Source: an uncultured Chloroflexia bacterium (GTDB taxonomy: Bacteria; Chloroflexota; Limnocylindria; Limnocylindrales; CSP1-4). Taken from it: DNA of 64,000 bases. Shown piece by piece: positions 1 to 9,686 of this stretch. Numbering within the stretch: the first letter of the stretch is position 1; every line of letters begins with the position of its first letter. A program made the translations under genes and the position numbers. The DNA lies in NCBI GenBank assembly GCA_963794525.1, contig CAWCEC010000004.1:81222-145221 (forward strand). Direction: 5' to 3'. The notes under the pieces were generated by a model. The model had not been told where the DNA came from. It worked only from the letters and a program-made list of their open reading frames with translations, and did not search any database.

Positions 1-2
1 CC

Positions 3-392
3 CGACATGCGGACATCTGGCAGTGGTTCGCCGGGACCGATCAGGTCGAGCTGTTCCGGCACAAGGACCAGGTGCTTCGCGAGCACTGCCGGGCCGAGGG
101 GCGGGACGAGACTCGGATCGAGCGGATGATCGGATGCAAGTTCATCCTGCGGTCATCCCCGGAGGAGGCAGCGCGCGTCGCCGACGAGCTCATCGCCGTC
201 CACAAGTGGCCGGCGTCGATCCGCGAGGTGGTCTGGGCGTCCACGCCGCAGCAGGTCGCCGACTGGCTCACCCCGTTCGTCGAGGCTGGGGCCGGATCGT
301 TCTGCCCACAGATCGGCTGGCCCTACGACCGCGAGACCATCGAGCGCTTGATCGGCGAGGTGAAACCCATCGTCGATGCGCGCACCGGCTGA
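3..392 (+). CDS. LLM-class (luciferase-like) flavin/F420-dependent oxidoreductase, C-terminal part (5' truncated by window)
   Basis: Frame open from the window edge: RHADIW...LREHCRAEGRD..IER...TPQQVADWL..FVEAGA, a typical LLM C-terminus. It resembles the C-terminus of the LLM at 45374-46303. Confidence 0.75.
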   Translation, partial: RHADIWQWFAGTDQVELFRHKDQVLREHCRAEGRDETRIERMIGCKFILRSSPEEAARVADELIAVHKWPASIREVVWASTPQQVADWLTPFVEAGAGSFCPQIGWPYDRETIERLIGEVKPIVDARTG

Positions 393-402
393 GGCGTCGG
401 AC

Positions 403-1770
403 ATGCGGAGCGTCTCGCTCGATCGGCTCGGGTTGCCGGCCTTCGCCTACGGCCCATTTCGGATCTTCTTCGCGTCCAGCCTGTTCGCGAACATCGGGAT
501 CTTCCTGTTCATGGCAGCGTTCGGCTGGTTCATCCAGACCGAGACCGGCTCGGCCGCGATGGTCGGCCTGGGCTCGGCGATCATGGGATTGCCCTGGCTG
601 TTGTTGATGCTGCATGCCGGGATGCTGACCGACCGGCTCGGCCCCCGACGGCTGATCGCCGGATCCTTCCTCGGTGGCGGCCTGGTGATGGCGCTCGTCG
701 CGTTCGTCGCGCTGTTGCCGGAGCCGTCGATCCCGATCGTGCTCGCCAGTGCGTTCCTGATGGGCATCCTGATGACGCTCGGAGCCCCCGGGTCGATCTC
801 GATCGTGGGCGACCTCGTGCCGCCGGCTGCGGTCTCGAGCGCGGTCGGCCTCAATTTCCTGCTGATCAACGGTGCGCGGATCGCCGGCGGGCTGGGCGCC
901 GGATGGCTCCTCGCCGACGGTCGTGAACCCGGCTGGACCATCCTCATCGGAGCGATCATGTTCGCCGCTCCGGGTGTGTTCATCTGGCGGCTGCATACCC
1001 GGGCCCCAGTCCCGACCAAACGACTTCCCGGCGGGGCCGCGCTGATCCGCCCGATCGTCGAGGCCGGCCGCCACGCGCTCCGCAATCCCACGCTGGGCAC
1101 GATCCTGCTGCTGTCGGCCGGTCCCGGCCTGATCGGGCTGCCCTACAACTTCCTCCTGCCCGTGGCCGCCGTGGAGCTCGGCATCGGTGCCGAGGGGCTC
1201 GGCCTCCTGCTGGTCGCCGTCGGTACGGGCGGCCTGCTGGCCGGGCTCGCGGCCGAGCACGCGCAGCGCCGGCTCGGCCACGGTCGGTCGATCCTCCTCG
1301 GTCTCGCGAGCGCGGCAGGCGGTCTCATCGTGTTCGGGCTCGGACCCCCGCTGCCGGTGTCGATCCTCTCGGTCGCGTTCGTCGGCGGAGGCTTCGTCGT
1401 CTACGCATCGGCCAGCCTGACCCTCGTCCAGGCGCTCGCGCCGCCGTCGCTCCGCGGACGCCTGACGTCGGTGTTCTCGCTGCTGTACTGGGGCCTGATG
1501 CCGGTCGGGGGACTCCTCGGTGGGCTGTCGGCCCAGGCGTTCACGGCGCGAACGACGATGCTCGCCGCTGGACTGGGACTGGTCCTGCTTGGAGTCGTTG
1601 CCATGATCCGCCGACCGCAGGTGCTTACGCTGGCCGTCTCCCGCGATGGGCTCCGGATGCACGGCGATCTCGCCGGCACCGGTCTCGCAGAGCCATGGCT
1701 CGGTGTCCACCTGGCTCCACCACCCGACGCCGATGTGGGCGTGGACCAGCGGGCGGCTGCGCGCCGATGA
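403..1770 (+). CDS. MFS transporter (MFS_3/EntS-like)
   Basis: About 12 hydrophobic segments; motif A-like GMLTDRLGPRR; C-half LVQALAPPSLRGR. ATG at 403, just after the upstream stop. Confidence 0.9.
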   Translation: MRSVSLDRLGLPAFAYGPFRIFFASSLFANIGIFLFMAAFGWFIQTETGSAAMVGLGSAIMGLPWLLLMLHAGMLTDRLGPRRLIAGSFLGGGLVMALVAFVALLPEPSIPIVLASAFLMGILMTLGAPGSISIVGDLVPPAAVSSAVGLNFLLINGARIAGGLGAGWLLADGREPGWTILIGAIMFAAPGVFIWRLHTRAPVPTKRLPGGAALIRPIVEAGRHALRNPTLGTILLLSAGPGLIGLPYNFLLPVAAVELGIGAEGLGLLLVAVGTGGLLAGLAAEHAQRRLGHGRSILLGLASAAGGLIVFGLGPPLPVSILSVAFVGGGFVVYASASLTLVQALAPPSLRGRLTSVFSLLYWGLMPVGGLLGGLSAQAFTARTTMLAAGLGLVLLGVVAMIRRPQVLTLAVSRDGLRMHGDLAGTGLAEPWLGVHLAPPPDADVGVDQRAAARR

Positions 1771-1777
1771 TGTGGCT

Positions 1778-2704
1778 ATGACTGATCAGCCGAACCTGTG
1801 GGATGCGCCGGCGGTCGAACCGCTCCACTTCATCGCCGACAGCCGCTGGGGTCAGGACGGGCTTCCGCCTGGTGCCTGGTTCGGTCGCGTCTCGGCGGTC
1901 GTCGCGGCACCGGACGGCAGGATCGTCGCGTTCCAACGGGGACCGGCCATCGATCCGGTGGTCCTGTTCGACCCGGATGGCCACTCGACGTCGAGCTGGG
2001 ACGCGAACATCGGTCTCGCCCACGGGATGCGGATCGATCGAGCGGGTCACCTGTGGCTGACCGATGCGGGCCGCCACCGCGTGCTCAAGACGACGATCGA
2101 CGGCGACGTCCTGCTCGAGATCGGGACGCCCGACGTGAGCGGCACCGATGAGCGGTCGTTCAACGCGCCGACCGACCTGGCGTTCGGGCACGACGGCTCG
2201 ATCTACGTGTCCGACGGTTACGGCAACTCGCGGGTCGTCCACTTGGACCCCGATGGTGGCTACATCGGGGCGTGGGGGCGACGCGGTTCCGCGCCCGGCG
2301 AGTTCGACACGCCCCATTCGATCGCGGTCGTGGCCGACGGCCGGGTGCTTGTCAGCGACCGGCACAACCACCGCATCCAGATCTTCGACGCTGACGGGAA
2401 CTACCAGACCGAATGGCGCCACCTCGGCGCGACCCAGTGCCTGACCTACGGGCCGGGCGGCGACCTGTGGGCGATGACCCATCGGTCGATCGACGAGATC
2501 CTGAGCTTCGACTCGATCGCGGGGCGGCTCGTGAGGCTGGATCCCGTGACTGGAGCGATCACCGGCTGGTTGCCGACGCCCGGTCACATGATGCACGCCA
2601 CCGCGGGTGGCGACCTGTGGGTCGCGAGCCTGTCGGGGACCGTGATCAGGTTCCGTCCGGGCTGGCGGGCGCAGGGTCCGGACGGCGTCCAGGAACGGTT
2701 CTAG
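1778..2704 (+). CDS. NHL-repeat peptidyl-alpha-hydroxyglycine alpha-amidating lyase (PAL)-family protein
   Basis: NHL repeats with AHGMRID, FNAPTDLAF, YVSDGYGNSR, PGEFDTPHSI, SDRHNHRIQIFD; no signal peptide. Confidence 0.85.
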   Translation: MTDQPNLWDAPAVEPLHFIADSRWGQDGLPPGAWFGRVSAVVAAPDGRIVAFQRGPAIDPVVLFDPDGHSTSSWDANIGLAHGMRIDRAGHLWLTDAGRHRVLKTTIDGDVLLEIGTPDVSGTDERSFNAPTDLAFGHDGSIYVSDGYGNSRVVHLDPDGGYIGAWGRRGSAPGEFDTPHSIAVVADGRVLVSDRHNHRIQIFDADGNYQTEWRHLGATQCLTYGPGGDLWAMTHRSIDEILSFDSIAGRLVRLDPVTGAITGWLPTPGHMMHATAGGDLWVASLSGTVIRFRPGWRAQGPDGVQERF

Positions 2705-2714
2705 CGGACGACCG

Positions 2715-3944
2715 ATGGCCAGTGCGGAGTTCGACCTGCCGGCCCAGCACCTGACGCTGCCGGTTGCGCCGACCACCACCTTCCCCGAGGTCGGCGAGAC
2801 CGAGGATGCGGTGGTCGCCCAGGTCGAGACCCGCCTCCGCGACAACCGGTTCCCGCCGGACCGGAACTTCGCCATCACCTACTCCGGGACGCCGCAGGCG
2901 ATCAGCCGGCGTGTCGAGTCGCTGGCGCAGGGCACGTTCTTCGTCGAGTGGGCCGACGAGACCGAGACCGGCACGCTCGGGTTCGAGCGCGAGGCGGTCC
3001 GGATGATGGGCGCCCTGCTCGGCGCGCCCGAAGCAGCCGGCGTGATCACGACGGGTGGCACGGAATCGAATATCGCAGCGCTCCGGCTGATGCGGAACCG
3101 GGCGCAGCGGTCGGCGCCCGAGGTCATCGCGCCGGTGACGATGCATTTTTCGTTCCGTCTCGGGGCCGAGCTGCTCGGGATCCGGCTGGTCGAGATCGAC
3201 GTCGGCGACGACTTCCGCCCGCGGATCGACGACGTGGCGCGGGCCATCACTCCGAACACGGTGGGGCTGGTCGCGTCCGCACCGGCCGGCAGTTTCGGGG
3301 TCATGGATCCCATCGAAGCGATCGCCGACCTTGCCGAACGGAAGGGGTTGCCGCTCCACGTGGACGCGGCGTTCGGCGGCTTCATCCTGCCGTTCATGCG
3401 CGACCTCGGCCACGAGGTGCCGCCGTTCGACTTCGCCCTGCCGGGCGTCACGACGATGATGACCGACGGCCATAAGCTCGGGCTGCTGCCGGTCGCCACG
3501 GGCTTCTTCCTGTCGCGCGACGCGCAGCTGTTCGAGACGATCCCGACGGAGCGGACGCTGATCCATACGACGTCGTCGACCAAGCCCGGCAGCCGCGCGG
3601 CCGCGGCCTGGGCCACGTTCCGGCACCTTGGTCGGGTCGGCTACGTCGCATCCACGGCACACGTGCTGGGCCTGCGGGACCGGATCGTCGCGGGCGTGAC
3701 GGCCATCCCGGGCATGGCGCTGATGGCGCCGCCGTTCATCACGGTCGTCGGTTTCACCTCGGAGACCATCGACCTGCGCCAGGTCCACGAGCAGCTGGCA
3801 AGCGACGGCTGGGGGCAGAGCTACGGCGAGCTGCGCGGACGGTCGTTCATCCGGTTGTCCATCCACCCGTCGCGGACGATCGAGGCGGCGAACGGGTTCA
3901 TTCGCGCGTTCGAGGGGGCGGCGCAGGACGCTCGCCGGCCCTGA
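2715..3944 (+). CDS. Group II PLP-dependent decarboxylase (MfnA tyrosine/aspartate decarboxylase-like)
   Basis: TTGGTESN, HFS, LHVDAAFGGF, DGHK (PLP lysine). Confidence 0.85.
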   Translation: MASAEFDLPAQHLTLPVAPTTTFPEVGETEDAVVAQVETRLRDNRFPPDRNFAITYSGTPQAISRRVESLAQGTFFVEWADETETGTLGFEREAVRMMGALLGAPEAAGVITTGGTESNIAALRLMRNRAQRSAPEVIAPVTMHFSFRLGAELLGIRLVEIDVGDDFRPRIDDVARAITPNTVGLVASAPAGSFGVMDPIEAIADLAERKGLPLHVDAAFGGFILPFMRDLGHEVPPFDFALPGVTTMMTDGHKLGLLPVATGFFLSRDAQLFETIPTERTLIHTTSSTKPGSRAAAAWATFRHLGRVGYVASTAHVLGLRDRIVAGVTAIPGMALMAPPFITVVGFTSETIDLRQVHEQLASDGWGQSYGELRGRSFIRLSIHPSRTIEAANGFIRAFEGAAQDARRP

Positions 3945-3945
3945 C

Positions 3946-6144
3946 GTGCTGCGGTTGCTCGGGTACACGAACCGGCTGAGCGTCGCGCCCGGCGAGACCA
4001 TCGACTTCCTGGTCAGCTGCGAGGGACCCGACTATGAGGCTCGCCTCGTCCGGTTGATCCACGGCGACGAGAACCCGGACGGGCCTGGCTTCAAGCAGGT
4101 CCTCGTGCCATCCGCCATCGACGGTCGGTACCCGGGCCGACACCAGGCGATCAGGAGCGGCTCCTACGTCGAGATCCCATTGCCGGCTGGGAGCAGCGGA
4201 GCGTCGCTGGCCTTCTCGGTGTACCTGATGCCGACGAACCCGGGTGCCGGCGTGCAGGTCATCGCCAGCATCGGCGACCCCGTTGGCGCGATGGGTTGGG
4301 GCCTCATCCTGGCGGAGGACGGCGCCGTCGAGCTCGTCGTCGGGTCGACCCGGATCTCAACGGGCGCTCCCGTCCATCGCTGGACCTGGTACCGGATCGA
4401 ATGCACGGTCGAAGGCGGTCGCGGCACCGTGCGCCAGACCCCGCTCCGCAGCCTGCCCAACGACCTGTCCGCCGGCGAAGGATCCGGTGAGATGGCGCTG
4501 CCGCCCCTCGATGGGCCGCTGATCCTCGGCGCGATGCGGACCGCGGACGGCATGGCCGCATGCCTCGACGGCAAGCTCGACGAACCGGTCCTGGCGGGCG
4601 TCGGCGCCTGGGACTTCGCTGCGGACATGTCGAGCGATCGGATCACCGACCGGTCGCCGACTGGGCGCCACGGATGGACGGTCAACACGCCGACCCGTGC
4701 GGTCACCGGTCATCGATTCGATGCGAGCGTCGCCGACTTCCACCTCGCGCCCGAGCAATGGTCGGCGATCCATCTCCACCGGGACGATCTCGACGACGCC
4801 GGCTGGGACGTGGGGTTCTCCCTGACCATCCCCGACGACCTGCCGAGCGGGGTCTACGCCGCCTGGCTTCGGTCCGCTGACGACGAGGACCATCTCCCGT
4901 TCACGGTGCGCCCGCCACGAGGGACCGCGCGATCACGGATCGCCGTCCTGATGTCGACGTTGACCTACACCGTCTACGCCAACTACACCGACCTGGGACC
5001 CGGTGCATGGCAGGAAGGCGCGACGAACACCTGGACGTCGGGCGCACCACACGCCGACCCGACCCTGTTCCGGGATGCCTACCGGTACATCGACGAGAAC
5101 GCGCTATACGGGACCTACGACCTGCACCTGGACGGCTCCGGCGTGGTGTACGGCTCGTTCCTCCGACCGATCCTCAACATGCGCCCGAAGTTCCGGTACC
5201 GGGTGTGGGCGGCGCCACCCCGCTTCCCGGCAGACCTCTACCTCGTCGACTGGCTCGATCACGAAGGCATCGAGGTCGACTTCATCACCGACCACGATCT
5301 CCAGGTCGAGGGCGCCGAACTGCTCGATCCGTACGCCGTCGTGGTCTCGAGCTCGCATCACGAGTACTGGAGCCGCCAGATGCTCGACGCGCTCGAGGGC
5401 TACCTGGGTGCCGGCGGCCGGTTCATGCTGCTGGGCGGCAACAGCCTGTTCGGCGTCGCCTCGTTCGATCCGGATCCTGCGAAGCCGCACCGGGTCGAGG
5501 TGCGGCGCTGGGGTGCGCCGTGGCCGTTCGAGGTGGCGCCCGCCGAACGCGTCCACTCGACGACCGGTGAGCTCGGCGGCACGTGGCGGAACCGCGGGCG
5601 CCCGCCGAACGGGATCGTCGCGGTCGGAACCAGCGCCGCCGGGTTCGACCGGGCGGTCCCGTACAAACGGATGCCCGACTCGCACGATCCGCGCGTGCGG
5701 TTCGTCTTCGAGGGGATCGGCGACGACCAACTGATCGGCGACCAGCCCAACCTCCAGACTCGATGGGGCGCTGCCGGCTACGAGGTCGACCGGTTCGATC
5801 ATGAGCTCGGGACGCCGGCGGCGGCCCTCCTACTGGCGTCATCGGTCGGCTTCAGCGACGGCTACCGGCCGATGCTCGACGAAGTCCTGTGGTTCATGCC
5901 GGGTCGGGACGGCAAGCGGACGGACGATCCCCAGCTCGACGGCGAGCCGCACCGGTTCGTGCGTTCGGACATGGCGTACCTCGAGTACCCGAACGGCGGC
6001 GCGGTGTTCTCGGTCGGCTCGATCGCGTGGCGCGGTGGGATCGCCTACAACGGGTACGACAACACGGTGGCGCGGGTGACAGGAAACGTATTGCGCCGGT
6101 TCGCCGAACGTCCGCGAGGTGCGTCGCCGAGCGATCCGGCGTGA
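3946..6144 (+). CDS. N,N-dimethylformamidase large (beta) subunit family protein
   Basis: N-terminal GY..RLSVAPGETIDF.VS...LVRLIHGD.NPDGPG, LamG-like insert, DDLDDAGW, SGVYA, TY..YAN, RPILNMRP, HHEYWS, GYEVD, GGAVFSVGSIAW. Confidence 0.9.
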   Translation: MLRLLGYTNRLSVAPGETIDFLVSCEGPDYEARLVRLIHGDENPDGPGFKQVLVPSAIDGRYPGRHQAIRSGSYVEIPLPAGSSGASLAFSVYLMPTNPGAGVQVIASIGDPVGAMGWGLILAEDGAVELVVGSTRISTGAPVHRWTWYRIECTVEGGRGTVRQTPLRSLPNDLSAGEGSGEMALPPLDGPLILGAMRTADGMAACLDGKLDEPVLAGVGAWDFAADMSSDRITDRSPTGRHGWTVNTPTRAVTGHRFDASVADFHLAPEQWSAIHLHRDDLDDAGWDVGFSLTIPDDLPSGVYAAWLRSADDEDHLPFTVRPPRGTARSRIAVLMSTLTYTVYANYTDLGPGAWQEGATNTWTSGAPHADPTLFRDAYRYIDENALYGTYDLHLDGSGVVYGSFLRPILNMRPKFRYRVWAAPPRFPADLYLVDWLDHEGIEVDFITDHDLQVEGAELLDPYAVVVSSSHHEYWSRQMLDALEGYLGAGGRFMLLGGNSLFGVASFDPDPAKPHRVEVRRWGAPWPFEVAPAERVHSTTGELGGTWRNRGRPPNGIVAVGTSAAGFDRAVPYKRMPDSHDPRVRFVFEGIGDDQLIGDQPNLQTRWGAAGYEVDRFDHELGTPAAALLLASSVGFSDGYRPMLDEVLWFMPGRDGKRTDDPQLDGEPHRFVRSDMAYLEYPNGGAVFSVGSIAWRGGIAYNGYDNTVARVTGNVLRRFAERPRGASPSDPA

Positions 6145-6146
6145 CC

Positions 6147-7277
6147 ATGCGGATCGAGGTCGAGGGCCACGCCACGGTCTGGGAAGCGTCGCCTGACGAT
6201 CCGGCGGGCCATGCCTGCGAGCCGCGGATCCTCCGCCGATCGACCGGCGACATCCTGCTCGCCCATCGCGTCGGCACGCGGCGCGAGAGCAACGACGGCC
6301 GGCCACATCTCCTGGAGAGCACCGATGGTGGGCACCGCTGGGCCACGCTCGGTCGTCCCCTCGACGGGCTCGCTGACCATGGCTGGGACCTGCGCGGCGC
6401 CGCGCTCGCCGAGCTGCCCTCGGGCGACCTGCTGACCGTGGTCGTCGCGCTCGACAAGTCCCTCGACCGGCCGACCTACAACCCGGAGACCGAAGGACTG
6501 GTCCCGGTCGCGAACCACATTGCGGTGTCCGCCGACGGGGGTCGAAGCTGGCGGCAGCTCGCCGATCTCGCGGGTGGCCCGGTGCCCCAGACCGCGTCGC
6601 AGGGCTTGCTCGTCCTGCCGGATGGCGACGTCCTGTGCACGTTCGAGACGTTCAAGGAGTACGACGAGCCCGGGACCTGGCGATACCTCGGCGGGCTGCT
6701 GCGCTCGACGGACGGCGGAAGGACCTGGGGCGACAGCGCGATCTCGGCGTCATCGGATCCGGATGGGGACCCGCACGACACCATGTGGTGGGATCCGCGG
6801 ATCGGCCGCCTGGCGTCGGGCGAGCTCGTCCAGTTCATGTACGCCTTCCGGCATCGGTCGCGAACGGAAGGTCCGGTGCACGTGGCATGGAGCCATGACG
6901 ACGGGCGGACGTGGTCGGCGCCGCTGTCAACGGGTCTGCCGGGCCAGGCGAGCTATCCGGTCCCGCTCGAGGACGGACGGCTCGTCCTCCTGCAACAGCG
7001 CCGTGGCGACGAGCAGTCGATCGTCGCCCTGGCGAGCGACGACGACGGCCGGACGTTCGACGCGGGTTCGGAAACGGTGGTGTACCGGCACGAGGCGACG
7101 TCGGCGCCCGGTGCCGACGGGTCCCTGAGCGCCGTCGACTACCTCATGTCGATGGACCGGTTCACCTTCGGCCACCCCTGCGGCGTGGCCACCGGCCCCG
7201 ACGAGGTCCTGGCCATCTGGTACGCGGGTGGGGGCACGCGAACCGCCATCCGGAGCGCCCGCCTGCGCATCAGGTAG
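6147..7277 (+). CDS. BNR/Asp-box beta-propeller (sialidase-fold) protein
   Basis: Five Asp-boxes (STDGGHRW, SADGGRSW, STDGGRTW, SHDDGRTW, SDDDGRTF); no signal peptide. Confidence 0.85.
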   Translation: MRIEVEGHATVWEASPDDPAGHACEPRILRRSTGDILLAHRVGTRRESNDGRPHLLESTDGGHRWATLGRPLDGLADHGWDLRGAALAELPSGDLLTVVVALDKSLDRPTYNPETEGLVPVANHIAVSADGGRSWRQLADLAGGPVPQTASQGLLVLPDGDVLCTFETFKEYDEPGTWRYLGGLLRSTDGGRTWGDSAISASSDPDGDPHDTMWWDPRIGRLASGELVQFMYAFRHRSRTEGPVHVAWSHDDGRTWSAPLSTGLPGQASYPVPLEDGRLVLLQQRRGDEQSIVALASDDDGRTFDAGSETVVYRHEATSAPGADGSLSAVDYLMSMDRFTFGHPCGVATGPDEVLAIWYAGGGTRTAIRSARLRIR

Positions 7278-7310
7278 CGCGCGCGACGGCGTGGTCAGTG
7301 GCTGGCGCGA

Positions 7311-8072
7311 TCAGTGGCCCGCGCGGCCACCCGAGATGTCGAAGACCGCACCGGTGGAGAACGACGCCTCGTCCGAGGCGAGCCAGGCGACCATCGCCGC
7401 GACCTCCTCGGGGCGCCCAAGCCGGCCGATGGGGTGGCGACGGCGAACCTCGTCGATCTCGTCCTCGGGCAGGTGGGACCAGTTCCGGGTCATGATCGAT
7501 CCGGGCGTGATCGCATTGACGAGGATCCCTCGAGGTGCGACCTCGAACGCGAGCGCCTTCGTCAGGCCGATCACGCCGGCCTTTGCCGCCGCATAGGCGA
7601 CCGGGTTGTGTTTGCCTTCCTTGCCGGCGATCGACGAGATGTTGACGATCCGGCCGTAGCCGCGCTCCAGCATCATCGGCAGGACCGCCCGACAGCCGTG
7701 GAAGACGCCGGTCAGGTCGACGTCGATCGTGCGCTGCCAGGTCTCGAGCGGCATCTCCCAGGTCGGGATCAACTCCTCGCCGATCCCGGCGTTGTTGACC
7801 AGGATGTCGATCCGGCCCGCCCACACCGAGACCGCTTCCACCATGGCCTCGACCGATGGGTAGGAGGTCACATCCACGGCCACCGCGAGCGCGACATCAC
7901 CGGACGGGTCGAGCCGGCGGGCGAGCGCTTCGGCGTCATCGAGGGCGAGGTCCGTGACGACGACCCGCAGCCCATCGCGCACGAGTCGCTCGCACATGGC
8001 CGTCCCCAGGGCGCCGGCGGCACCCGTGACGATCGCCACGCGCCTGTCCTCCCCCTGATCCCGCTCCTGCAT
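7311..8072 (-). CDS. SDR family NAD(P)-dependent oxidoreductase
   Basis: TGAAGALG, NNAG, catalytic S...YAAAK, NAITPG, GRLGRPEEVA. Confidence 0.93.
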   Translation of the reverse strand: MQERDQGEDRRVAIVTGAAGALGTAMCERLVRDGLRVVVTDLALDDAEALARRLDPSGDVALAVAVDVTSYPSVEAMVEAVSVWAGRIDILVNNAGIGEELIPTWEMPLETWQRTIDVDLTGVFHGCRAVLPMMLERGYGRIVNISSIAGKEGKHNPVAYAAAKAGVIGLTKALAFEVAPRGILVNAITPGSIMTRNWSHLPEDEIDEVRRRHPIGRLGRPEEVAAMVAWLASDEASFSTGAVFDISGGRAGH

Positions 8073-8137
8073 CCCGCGGAGTGTAAGTCACACTGGACAG
8101 GAGGCGCCCAGTTGCAGTGCTATCCTACCGCTCGCCC

Positions 8138-9250
8138 ATGATCGACCTGCGGTCCGACACCGTGACGCTGCCATCGCCCGAGATGCGGCGCGCGATGGCG
8201 AACGCGGAACTGGGCGACGACGTGTTCGGCGACGACCCGACGGTGCGCGCACTCGAGGAACGCGCCGCCGAGCTGCTCGGCACCGAGGCCGGCCTCCTCG
8301 TGACCAGCGGGACCATGGGCAACCTGGTCGGGCTGATGGCCCACGTGCCGCGTGGCGGCGAGATCATCGGGCCCGCCGAGATCCACACCTTCTCGAGCGA
8401 GGCGGCCGGACATGCCGTCGTGGTCGGCGCGTCGGTCCGCGGCATCCCACCCGCCGATGACGGCACGATCGACCCGGCGGCGATCCGCTCGGCCGTCCGT
8501 GACCCGACGGACGTCCACGAGCCCATCACCGCGCTGATCACGCTCGAGAACACCCATTCGTTGTCGATGGGCCAGCCGCTCACCCCCGCCTACACCAAGA
8601 CGATCGCGTCGGTCGCGCGCGAGATCGGCGTGCCGCTGTTCATCGACGGGGCGCGCCTGTTCAACGCGGCGGTCGCGCTCGGGGTGCCGGGGCGCGACCT
8701 GGTGCCGCCGGGAGCGTCCGCGACGTTCTGCCTGTCCAAGAGCCTGGCCTGCCCCGTGGGCTCGCTGGTGGTCGGCGACGCCGGAGTCATCGCGAGGGCG
8801 CGTCGCGCCCGCAAGCTCGTGGGCGGCGGTATGCGCCAGGCCGGGGTCATCGCGGCGGCCGGTCTGGTCGCCCTCCGGGACGGACCCGCCGGGATGATCG
8901 AGCGGCTCGCCGATGATCACGCCAACGCCCGCCGGCTCGCGGATGCCCTGGCATCCATGCCGGGCGTCACCCGCCTCGACCCGACCAGGGTCAGGACGAA
9001 CTTCGTGCTCTTCGGCCTCGGCGCCCAGTCGTGGCCTGACGACACGGTGGCGCGAGCAGCCGTCCTCCGACAACGGGCCGAGTTCCTGGCCGCGCTCGCC
9101 GACCGCGGGGTCCGGATGATCGAGTACCCGAAGGGCATGGTCCGGGCGATGCCGCACTACGGCGTCGAGTCAGGCGACATCGAGCGCGCCATCACCGCGA
9201 CCCGCGCCACGCTCGCCGACGTGGGCCTGTCGAGCGCCGTTCCCGCCTGA
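8138..9250 (+). CDS. ltaE: Low-specificity L-threonine aldolase
   Basis: IDLRSDTVT, GDDVFGDDPTV, SGTMGN, LENTH, DGARLFNA, CLSK, GGGMRQAG. Confidence 0.9.
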   Translation: MIDLRSDTVTLPSPEMRRAMANAELGDDVFGDDPTVRALEERAAELLGTEAGLLVTSGTMGNLVGLMAHVPRGGEIIGPAEIHTFSSEAAGHAVVVGASVRGIPPADDGTIDPAAIRSAVRDPTDVHEPITALITLENTHSLSMGQPLTPAYTKTIASVAREIGVPLFIDGARLFNAAVALGVPGRDLVPPGASATFCLSKSLACPVGSLVVGDAGVIARARRARKLVGGGMRQAGVIAAAGLVALRDGPAGMIERLADDHANARRLADALASMPGVTRLDPTRVRTNFVLFGLGAQSWPDDTVARAAVLRQRAEFLAALADRGVRMIEYPKGMVRAMPHYGVESGDIERAITATRATLADVGLSSAVPA

Positions 9251-9275
9251 TCGCGAGGGCGGGGCTGCCGTGACC

Positions 9276-9686
9276 CTAGTCGTACCGCCATTGCAGGCGG
9301 GTGGGGGTCACGACGATCAGGACGCGATCCTCCTTGATCTCCTCCCAGTGTCGCTGTGACGCCTCTTCCGTCGGCTCGTACTTGCGGATGAGGTCGAGCG
9401 TCGTGTCCTTGACGTCGCCTTCGATCACCTCGGCGGTGCCGAAGACCTGGACGTAGTTCTCCCGTCGCTTGCCCGCGTCGATGCACAGCGTGATCCGCGG
9501 GTCGCGCTTGAGGTTGCGGACCTTGACGGTCCAGTCGAGCGTGCTGATCCAGAACCGCTCGCCGTCCCACCAGTACCAGTTGGGCGTCAGCTGGGGCGTG
9601 CCGTCGGGCTGGATGGTGGCCACGATCGCGTGGACCTGGGTCCGGAGGAACGCTTCCTTCTCCGGAGTCAGCTCGGCGTCCGTCAC
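9276..9686 (-). CDS. PPOX-class F420-dependent oxidoreductase
   Basis: VATIQPDGTPQLTP.W, KVRNLKRDPRITL; 136 aa; GTG start overlaps the upstream stop. Confidence 0.85.
   Translation of the reverse strand: MTDAELTPEKEAFLRTQVHAIVATIQPDGTPQLTPNWYWWDGERFWISTLDWTVKVRNLKRDPRITLCIDAGKRRENYVQVFGTAEVIEGDVKDTTLDLIRKYEPTEEASQRHWEEIKEDRVLIVVTPTRLQWRYD

Noticed and set aside
268-1710. Many long antisense ORFs (e.g. 268-1710, 9731-11050, 23301-25637, 46326-47924)
   Set aside because: Mirror frames of real genes with no motifs; expected at this GC content.
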